Shown: one piece after another, positions 17,953-25,252 of the stretch
How the letters are laid out: every line of letters starts with the position of its first letter
Numbering within the stretch: the first letter of the stretch is position 1
NCBI GenBank assembly: GCA_029778235.1
Contig: JAKOQS010000168.1
Coordinates: forward strand, 7,690 to 71,689
Direction: 5' to 3'
Length of the DNA stretch: 64,000 nucleotides
Origin: Chloroflexota bacterium
GTDB taxonomy: Bacteria > Chloroflexota > Limnocylindria > Limnocylindrales > CSP1-4
The notes under the pieces: generated by a model
The model's input: only the letters and a program-made list of their open reading frames with translations
Databases searched by the model: none
Told to the model about the DNA's origin: nothing
Program-made: the position numbers and the translations under genes

Positions 17953-19130
17953 CGGTGCGCTTCATCCACACCGCTGATTGGCAGCTCGGGATGACGCGTC
18001 ATTTCCTCTCGGGTGAGGCGCAGGCCCGGTTCGCCCAGGCCCGGCTCGACGCCATCGCCCGGATCGGCGCTCTCGCGCGCGAGCATCGCGTCGAGTTCGT
18101 CGTGGTGGCAGGCGACGTCTTCGAGACGAACCAGGTGACGCGCCAGACGGTCCTCCGGGCGTGCGACGCGCTCCGGTCGATCGACGTCCCGGTCTTCCTC
18201 CTGCCCGGGAACCACGAGCAGCTCGACGCCACGAGCGTCTTCCGCCAACCCACGTTCGCGCGGTCGGCCCCGCCGAACGTCGTCGTCATCGACTCGACCG
18301 AGCCCCGGCGGATCGACGGCCGGCCCGGGCTGGAGGTCGTGGGCGCCCCGCGGATGACCAAGCGGACCCTCGGCGACCCGCTCGAGCCGGGGTACTCCGC
18401 GCTCGCCCCGGCGCCCGGCGTGACCCGGATCCTGGTCGGCCACGGGATCGTGGACGCGGTCATGCCGGTCGGGGATGCGCCCGACGAGGAGACCCGGATC
18501 CGCCTCTCGCCGGTCCAGGCGGCCATCGCCGACGGCCGCGTGGCATACGTCGCGCTCGGCGACCGCCACTCCACCACCCGCGTGGACGCCGCAGGGCGCG
18601 CCTGGTACGCGGGCGCCCCGGAGCCCACCGCCTACGTCGAGACCGACGCCGGCAACGTGCTGCTCGTGGAGATCGACGAATCGGGGGCGGGGACGCCGGC
18701 CGCTGCCGCCGCGCCCTGTGCCGTGACGCCGCTCCGGGTCGGGACCTGGCGGTTCGTGCTCGGCGACCACCGACTCGACGGCCCAGCGGACCTGGAGGCC
18801 CTGGGGCGCTGGTTCGCGGCGATGCCCGGGAAGGAGCGGACCGTCGTGAAGGTGACGCTCCGCGGCACCCTGGCGCTGCGGGACAAGGCGCGCCTCGACG
18901 CGCTCCTCGCCGAGGAGCGCGAGCGGTTCGCCGCGATCGAGGAGTGGGAGCGCCACGCGGACCTGGTCGTCATCCCCGACGACGCGGACTTCGCCGACCT
19001 GGACCTCGGCGGGTACGCGGCCGACGCGGTGGCGGAGCTCCGACGCGCCGCGGACGGCGGGGTCGCGGATGCAGCCACGGCAGCCGACGCACTGGCGCTT
19101 CTCGTGCGCCTCGCCGGGAGGCCCGCGTGA
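17949..19130 (+). CDS. sbcD: SbcD/Mre11-like metallophosphoesterase (DNA repair exonuclease)
   Basis: Calcineurin-type motifs IHTADWQLG, VVVAGDVFE, LLPGNHE, VGHG. The GTG start overlaps the helicase-nuclease stop (GTGA). Confidence 0.85.
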   Translation: MTVRFIHTADWQLGMTRHFLSGEAQARFAQARLDAIARIGALAREHRVEFVVVAGDVFETNQVTRQTVLRACDALRSIDVPVFLLPGNHEQLDATSVFRQPTFARSAPPNVVVIDSTEPRRIDGRPGLEVVGAPRMTKRTLGDPLEPGYSALAPAPGVTRILVGHGIVDAVMPVGDAPDEETRIRLSPVQAAIADGRVAYVALGDRHSTTRVDAAGRAWYAGAPEPTAYVETDAGNVLLVEIDESGAGTPAAAAAPCAVTPLRVGTWRFVLGDHRLDGPADLEALGRWFAAMPGKERTVVKVTLRGTLALRDKARLDALLAEERERFAAIEEWERHADLVVIPDDADFADLDLGGYAADAVAELRRAADGGVADAATAADALALLVRLAGRPA

Positions 19131-19212
19131 GCGGGGTCCGACCGAGCGGACGCGGCCGGCCGAGCGGACGCCGCGGACGCGGCGGCCGGGGCACCGCCAC
19201 GGGGACTCGGGC

Positions 19213-21885
19213 GTGAGCGGCCCGCTCCGGATCGAGCGGATCCGGGTCACGGACTTCCGCGGCGTCCGCGAGCGCGAGGTCCGCTTCGCCGAAGCCGGGG
19301 TCACCGTCGTGGAGGGGCCCAACGAGACCGGCAAGTCGAGCCTCGCCGATGCGCTCGACATGCTCCTCGACTTCCGCGACGCGTCGCGGCACCGCGACGT
19401 CCTCGCCGCCCAGCCGGTCGGCACCGACGCGGGCCCGATGGTGGAGGCCGACCTTCGTGCCGGGCCCTGGCGCTTCACCTACCGGAAGCGATGGATCCGC
19501 GATCGGGCGACCACGCTCGTGGTGCGCGAGCCGCGCGCGGAGCAGCACGTCGGCGACGCCGCGCACGACCGCGTGCACGCGATCCTCGCCGAGCAGGCGG
19601 ACCTCGGCCTCTGGCGCGCCCTCCGCCTGATGCAGGGCGAGAAGGTGGCTCCCGCGCATGTCGAGGCGGCCGGCTCGCTCGGGGCCGCCCTGGAACGCGC
19701 CGCCGGGGGCTCCGACCCCTCCGACGGCGCCGGGCTGTTCGAGCGCGCCCGGGCGGAGAGCGAGATCTACTGGACGGCGACGGGCCGCGCCCGCGACCCG
19801 CTGACGGCCGGCGAGACCGCGGTCGCCGCCGCCGAGCGCACGGTCGCGGATCTCCGCTCGTCGATCGCGGCCGTTGACGCGGACGCCGATGCGCTCGCCC
19901 GCGCCTCGGCCGAGCTGGCGGGCATGCGCGAGGCGATCGCTGCACAGGAGGCCGCGGTCCACGAGCGCGAGGCACGCGCTGCCGAGGTGGACAGGCTCGC
20001 AGCCGCGGCCCAGGTCCACAAGGCGGCATTCGACGCCGCGACCGCCCGGTCGGCCGAGGTCGCCGCGATCGCCCGCCGTCGCGAGGAGCTGACGACCGCG
20101 CTCGCGGACGCGACGCAGCGCCGCGACGCCCTCTCGGTCGCGGATGCCGCTGCCCGCGACCGCATGGTCGAGCTGGACGCAGCGCTCGGGTCGGCGTCGA
20201 GGGCCCTGGCGGACGCGCGGGGTGCGCGCCTGTCCGCGGCCGCCCTGGTGACGCGGCGCCGAGCCGAGCGCGACCTTCTGCGGGACCGCGGTGATCTGGG
20301 CTCGGCGCTCGAGCAGAAGGCGCGGCTGGACCGCCAGGCCGAGGAGGGTCGGGCCGCGCAGGCCGCTGCGGACGCGAACCCCGTCACGGACGAGGTGCTG
20401 CGCCGCGTCGAGGATGCGGCCCGCCGCCTGGAGCTCGCCCGCGCGCGCCTCGACGCAGGCGCCGGCGAGCTGCGGATCGCCGCGATCGCGCCCGTCACGC
20501 CGGTCGTGGACGGCGCGCCGGTCCATCTCGCGCCGGGTGAGGAGGCAGTCCGGCCCATCGGCGAGGGCATCGCGGTGGAGATCCCCGGCGTCGCCCGCAT
20601 CGTCGCCAGGCCCGGCGGCTCGGTCGCGGCGCTCCGGGCGGAGATCGCCGACGCGGACTCCGCGCTCGCCACCGGCCTCGCCGCCGCCGGCAGCGTGGAC
20701 GTCGCCGAGGCGCGCGCCCGCGCCGCCGACCGGCTCCGCAACGAGGAGGCGGCTCGTCGCGCGCGCGAGGCCGCGACCGCGATCCTCGCCGGCGAGCGTC
20801 CGCTCGCGCTGGAGCAGCGGATCGCGACCCTGCGCGCACGGGTGGAGGAGGCCGAGTCGAGCCTGGGAGGGGACGGCGCCGTGCCGGGCCTCGGCGTGCC
20901 GGGCCTCGCCGCGCAGGCCGACACCGTCCGGGCGGCGGCTGACCTCGAGGCCGCCGAGACGGCCGACCGGGCCGCGGCCGCCGACCTCGCTGTGGCCGAG
21001 GAGGCCGAGCGTGCTGCGCGTGCGGCCGCGGACGCGGAGCGCGCCGCGGGCCAGGAGCGCAGGGTGGAGCTCGGCGTCGCCGCCGCTCGCGCCCGGGAGG
21101 CGGAGGCGGCCCTGGCCGCCGAGCGAGCGACGCTGCCGGACGACCAGCTCGCGCTGCGCTCGGCATCCGCCGAGGCGGAGGTCCGCGACGCCGCCGCCGC
21201 GCGGGCCGCCGCGGACGTCGCGCTCGCCGAGGCCAATCCCGACCAGGCCCGCGCTCTCGCGGAGAACGCGCGCCGGACCCTCGAGACGATCCACGCTCGG
21301 CGACAGCAGCTCGTCGTGGACCAGGCGCGCCTCTCGGGCTCGCTGGCGCGCAGCGGGGAGGATGGGCTCGGCGAGCGCCTCGAGGAGGCCGAGGCCGCCG
21401 CCGAGCGGGCCCGCGACGACCTCGCCCGCCTCCGCCGTCGGGCCGACGCGGCCCGTCTCCTCCACGACACGCTCCGGCGCCACCGCGACGCCGCCCGGCG
21501 GCGCTACGTCCTGCCGCTCACCGAGCGCCTCGAGTCCCTCGGGCGGATCGTCTTCGGCCCGGATGTCGCCGTGGACGTCTCCGACGAGCTCGCGGTCTCC
21601 AGCCTCACCCGCGGAGGTCGGACGATCGCCTGGGATCAGCTGAGCGTCGGGACCCGAGAGCAGCTCGGCGTGCTCGTCCGCGTCGCATGCGCGGAGATCG
21701 TCGCGCCGGATGGCGGCGTCCCCGTGATGCTCGATGACGCGCTCGGGTGGTCGGACCCGGAGCGCCTCGAGGCCATGGGCGCGGTCCTGGCGCGTGCGGG
21801 CGCCTCCACCCAGGTCATCGTCCTCACCTGCTTCCCTGACCGGTACGTCCACGTGGGCGGGGCCACCGTGGTGCGGCTCGGATAG
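19213..21885 (+). CDS. sbcC: SbcC/Rad50-like SMC-type ATPase lacking a CxxC zinc hook
   Basis: Walker A VVEGPNETGKSS, about 650 aa of Ala/Arg/Glu-rich coiled coil, signature LSVGTREQL, Walker B/D-loop VPVMLDDALG. GTG 19213 places Walker A about 35 aa from the N-terminus. Confidence 0.85.
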   Translation: MSGPLRIERIRVTDFRGVREREVRFAEAGVTVVEGPNETGKSSLADALDMLLDFRDASRHRDVLAAQPVGTDAGPMVEADLRAGPWRFTYRKRWIRDRATTLVVREPRAEQHVGDAAHDRVHAILAEQADLGLWRALRLMQGEKVAPAHVEAAGSLGAALERAAGGSDPSDGAGLFERARAESEIYWTATGRARDPLTAGETAVAAAERTVADLRSSIAAVDADADALARASAELAGMREAIAAQEAAVHEREARAAEVDRLAAAAQVHKAAFDAATARSAEVAAIARRREELTTALADATQRRDALSVADAAARDRMVELDAALGSASRALADARGARLSAAALVTRRRAERDLLRDRGDLGSALEQKARLDRQAEEGRAAQAAADANPVTDEVLRRVEDAARRLELARARLDAGAGELRIAAIAPVTPVVDGAPVHLAPGEEAVRPIGEGIAVEIPGVARIVARPGGSVAALRAEIADADSALATGLAAAGSVDVAEARARAADRLRNEEAARRAREAATAILAGERPLALEQRIATLRARVEEAESSLGGDGAVPGLGVPGLAAQADTVRAAADLEAAETADRAAAADLAVAEEAERAARAAADAERAAGQERRVELGVAAARAREAEAALAAERATLPDDQLALRSASAEAEVRDAAAARAAADVALAEANPDQARALAENARRTLETIHARRQQLVVDQARLSGSLARSGEDGLGERLEEAEAAAERARDDLARLRRRADAARLLHDTLRRHRDAARRRYVLPLTERLESLGRIVFGPDVAVDVSDELAVSSLTRGGRTIAWDQLSVGTREQLGVLVRVACAEIVAPDGGVPVMLDDALGWSDPERLEAMGAVLARAGASTQVIVLTCFPDRYVHVGGATVVRLG

Positions 21886-21963
21886 GGGAGGGGCGATGCG
21901 GCTGTTGACCTGCACGTCCGGCCGATCCATGCTCGCCCGAGGCAGCACGAGCGAGGTCCGACG

Positions 21964-22218
21964 GTGAGCAGCGTGGACGAGCGGGGCCGGATCACCATCG
22001 AGAAGGCCATCCGCGAGGAGCTCGGCATCCACGCCGGGGACGAGACCGTCCAGCGCGTGGAGAACGGCAGCATCGTGATCGACGTCGTGCCCGGACGGCA
22101 CCGCCGATCATCGTTCGCCTCGCTGGCGACCCCGGGTCAGCCGCCGGCCGACGCGTCGGGGGTCGCGGTGCCCGAGCCCCGGCGGAGGACGAGGGACCCC
22201 GGCCCGCGGCAGGGCTGA
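21964..22218 (+). CDS. AbrB/MazE/SpoVT-family DNA-binding protein (antitoxin-like, no cognate toxin adjacent)
   Basis: N-terminal swapped-hairpin signature VDERGRITIEKAIREELGIHAGDE and a disordered C-terminal tail. A TTGACC-17-CATGCT promoter-like element lies upstream. Confidence 0.6.
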   Translation: MSSVDERGRITIEKAIREELGIHAGDETVQRVENGSIVIDVVPGRHRRSSFASLATPGQPPADASGVAVPEPRRRTRDPGPRQG

Positions 22219-22233
22219 TCAGGCTCGCTGCCG

Positions 22234-22665
22234 TCAGTCGGGCGCGCGAGCCCCGTCGACGACCGCGGGGATGTCGAGGCCCAGGTGGTGCGCCAGCGCG
22301 CGGCGCACGGCGGCGCGGGTCGCCGCGGACGTCACGAACCCGTCGGGAGCCCGGCCGGCCAGCCGGTCCAGCGGGATCGTCCGGACCTGGTGGCAGAGGA
22401 TCACCCCCGGCCGCACCTGGCCGGCTTCACCCACGGGCAGCACCACCTCACCCGGGTAGCGCGGCTCGTCGCGGACGGCCGTGATCGGCAGGACGGTGGC
22501 CATCCGCGCCCGGTGCACGGCCTCCATCGAGACCACCAGGGCACGCCGATCCCCCGCGTGCTGCCGCCGGACCCCAGGCTCCGGCGCGATCCGGACGACG
22601 CCCCATCTCAGCCGATCCGGCGTGGTGGGCGGCACGGCCGAGGCGCGGGTCACCATGAGCGCCAT
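22234..22665 (-). CDS. mazF: PemK/MazF-family type II toxin (endoribonuclease)
   Basis: RWGVVRIAPEPG...DRRALVVS...ATVLPITAV...PGVILCHQVRTIPLDRL matches the MazF/PemK layout. Its start overlaps the stop of the upstream RHH gene. Confidence 0.7.
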   Translation of the reverse strand: MALMVTRASAVPPTTPDRLRWGVVRIAPEPGVRRQHAGDRRALVVSMEAVHRARMATVLPITAVRDEPRYPGEVVLPVGEAGQVRPGVILCHQVRTIPLDRLAGRAPDGFVTSAATRAAVRRALAHHLGLDIPAVVDGARAPD

Positions 22666-22910
22666 GAGTCGCGCTCGGCCGGCGTGACCTCGCGCTCGAT
22701 CGACCGGCTCTCGGCCGCGAACTCGGCGTCGGTGGCGGCCCCAGCCCAGATGCGAGCCTCGTCCGCCTCGACGAGGTGGCGCGCGAGCTCGTCCACCGCC
22801 AGCTCCACGATCCCATCCTGCGTCTCCGCGAGACCGTGGACCGCCGCGAGGTCACGCACGAGCCGGACCGTCCGCTCGGGGAGGTTGTACGTCCGCTTCA
22901 CGCGTGTCAC
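22650..22910 (-). CDS. Ribbon-helix-helix (CopG-like) antitoxin
   Basis: N-terminal KRTYNLPERTVRLVRDLA (RHH beta-strand plus helix), about 86 aa, immediately upstream of mazF. GTG starts are possible at 22913, 22910 and 22901. Confidence 0.65.
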   Translation of the reverse strand: MTRVKRTYNLPERTVRLVRDLAAVHGLAETQDGIVELAVDELARHLVEADEARIWAGAATDAEFAAESRSIEREVTPAERDSWRSW

Positions 22911-22960
22911 CACGCGAGTGTGTGACACCCGAAATGACGTGTCAATCCGGGTGTCATGCG
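22899..22960 (-). promoter_or_regulatory. Putative mazEF promoter/operator with GTGTCA/TGACAC repeats
   Basis: On the minus strand, TTGACA-17 nt-CACACT lies just upstream of the GTG starts. The hexamer TGACAC occurs three times directly and once inverted within about 60 bp. Confidence 0.5.
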
Positions 22961-23197
22961 CCTGGCCAGCAGGCGCGGAGCTGCGAACCTGGCTGGGCCT
23001 TCCTCGCAGGAGACGCGGGAGGACTCCATCGTCCTCGACTCGAAGCCCGGCATCCGATGCGGCGACAGCCGGGACGGGAGGCCCTCCTCCTGGTGCCGGG
23101 TCTTCCGAGGGGCGGTCAACGAGCGAAACAGGGCATGTCGTGCCACACGGCTGACACGGGAGCGGCCCATCCTGCGGGAAGGAGGTACCGAGGCCGG

Positions 23198-23500
23198 ATG
23201 CCATTCGACGTCGATCTGACCGACCCGGAGGACCTGACGCTCATCGTGGCCGCAGTCGACGATAAACCGGCCGGCGATGGGTCGGGCATGCCAGGGCCGC
23301 CGCCAGGGCCACGGCCGCGGTCGGGCTGCGCGGGATGCGGCTGCGCCGGCTGCCTGACGCTCGCGCTCGTGATCGCCGCTGCGAGGTCGGCGGCGGGTGC
23401 CATGTTCGTCGCGATGCCGCTCGCCCTCGGCGCGCTGGTGCTGGCCGTGGCGGGCCGACTCGTCGACGGCGCGCATCGGATCGGCGACGAGGAGCGCTGA
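23198..23500 (+). CDS. Small hypothetical membrane protein with a CAGCGCAGC cysteine motif
   Basis: Strong SD GGAAGGAGG about 12 nt upstream of the ATG, high GC3, and a C-terminal hydrophobic segment (LTLALVIAA...MFVAMPLALGALVLAVAG). Confidence 0.45.
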   Translation: MPFDVDLTDPEDLTLIVAAVDDKPAGDGSGMPGPPPGPRPRSGCAGCGCAGCLTLALVIAAARSAAGAMFVAMPLALGALVLAVAGRLVDGAHRIGDEER

Positions 23501-23886
23501 GGTGCGAGGTCCGCGGGTTCGTCGTGGAGCCAGGCGATCGTCGCTCGGCCCGGCGATCACGGCGCCCCGGCAGGCGCGTCGTGCTACGCCGGACGACTCG
23601 CCCGGGGCTGCGTCACCCCAGCGCGGCCGGCCGTCGCCGGTCGCGCGGTCCGGACCACTCCGTGGCATCCGACCGGCACGCGCGGCCCGGGACAGATGGC
23701 TCCCGCACGTTCGACCAAGGTCAGGGTTGCACGGTCAACCACGGGCTGGTATATTTGGTCCGTACCAAACGCGGCGAGCGCGCCGCGGACCCGAAACCGA
23801 AGAACTGGAGAGTGAGCGTCCTCCCCGCACACTCTCGCCTCATCGGGCGGCGCGTCCCTCGGACCGCCCCGAGCGTCCCGATGATC

Positions 23887-23917
23887 CCGAAGCCCCGGCC
23901 TCCCTCCGGGGCTTCGG
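23887..23917. terminator. Perfect 12-bp stem hairpin (CCGAAGCCCCGG-7 nt-CCGGGGCTTCGG), candidate bidirectional terminator
   Basis: Seen directly in the sequence. It lies 73 nt downstream of the stop of the minus-strand gene 23990..25252, and is followed by tgcttctc on the plus strand. Confidence 0.55.
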
Positions 23918-23989
23918 TGCTTCTCGGCGCCGGCTCCCGGCGCGAGTCGGCCAGCGCCCGCGTCCGGCGCCCAGCGGGTCCCCGCGGCC

Positions 23990-25252
23990 CTACTTGACGA
24001 CGACCGTGACCGACGAGCTCGAACCGTCGAAGACGAGCGACTGGCCGCCCACGTAGGCGCGCAGGACGTATGAGCCTTTCGCCGTCGGCTTCCACGCGTA
24101 CGAGTACGCGCCCGTGGAGTTCACTGTCACGGACGTCAGGGTCTTCCAGGTCGAGCCGACCTTGCGCTGGATCTGGACCTTCGCGCCCGGATCGACCGGC
24201 CCGGCCGTCCCGGAGATCAGCACCTTCTTGCCGACCGTCGTCTTCTTCGTCGACGCCTTGATCGTGACCTTCGCATGGACGTAGAGGACGACGGGGACGC
24301 TCACGTTGTCGCCCGACCTCGTGCGATACGTGGTCCCGACCGTCGGGGTCAGCGTCAGGGAGTACGACCCGTCGGGCTGTGCGGCGATGATCTCGCCGTG
24401 CACGTCCAGCCAGTCGGCCGACGGCTGGTCGTAGTACTGCATGCGGATGTCCGCGCCCGGCGTCGTGCGCCCCGACACGGTCACCTGGCCACCATAGGTG
24501 AGCGAGGTCGGGAAGACCTCGAAGGTGACGATCTGCTCGGGGTCCGAGTCGGACTCCGCCGACACGTAGATCGTCGGGGTGTACGACAGTCGCAGATGCG
24601 ACACGTCCATCGAGAATGTCGTGCTGCCGCCCGCCGTGATGGTGCCCGGCAGATCGACGTAGCCGGCGCCGACGACGTTGAGGTCCGGGTCGTACATGGT
24701 GGCGACCACGCGCACGTCGCGCGCGTCGACGGTGTTGAGGTTCTTCACCGAGCCCTGGACCCGGTCGGTGTACGTGTCCACGGTGGTGAACGTCCCCGAC
24801 GCGCTGAAGTAGTGGTTGGCGACGATCGAGGACTGGTCCCAGTCGTCGACCCAGACGCTGACCCTGCTGATCGTGCCGGCGAGCCGGGCGTCCACCTGGA
24901 ACGTCCCGTATTCGCCGGGATCGAGGCGACCGAACATCAGGTAGTCGGTGCCCTCTGCGACGACCGAATCGTCAGCGGCATACGCGGCGCTGTGCACCTT
25001 GACGCTCATGACGGGGACGTCCAGGTAGTTGCGGACGTCACCCACCACCGAGAAGGTCGTGCCGTTGAACCACCACTCGAAGGAATCGACGACGACCGCG
25101 TACGGAGGTGCGTCGGCGGATCGCACGCTGGATCGAACCTCGTGACTCGGCGATGCGCCTGGCCGCGGTCCGGCGGCCGACGCCGGCGCGGCGAGCGCCG
25201 GGAGCAGCAGGGAGACCGCGGCGACCGCGGCCACGAGACGCAGGGAACGCAT
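23990..25252 (-). CDS. Secreted hypothetical protein (Sec signal peptide, beta-rich Ig-like repeats)
   Basis: N-terminal MRSLRLVAAVAAVSLLLPALAAPASA signal. The Ser/Thr/Val/Tyr-rich mature part has repeated beta-strand patterns. GC content is visibly lower than in the neighbours. Confidence 0.8.
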   Translation of the reverse strand: MRSLRLVAAVAAVSLLLPALAAPASAAGPRPGASPSHEVRSSVRSADAPPYAVVVDSFEWWFNGTTFSVVGDVRNYLDVPVMSVKVHSAAYAADDSVVAEGTDYLMFGRLDPGEYGTFQVDARLAGTISRVSVWVDDWDQSSIVANHYFSASGTFTTVDTYTDRVQGSVKNLNTVDARDVRVVATMYDPDLNVVGAGYVDLPGTITAGGSTTFSMDVSHLRLSYTPTIYVSAESDSDPEQIVTFEVFPTSLTYGGQVTVSGRTTPGADIRMQYYDQPSADWLDVHGEIIAAQPDGSYSLTLTPTVGTTYRTRSGDNVSVPVVLYVHAKVTIKASTKKTTVGKKVLISGTAGPVDPGAKVQIQRKVGSTWKTLTSVTVNSTGAYSYAWKPTAKGSYVLRAYVGGQSLVFDGSSSSVTVVVK

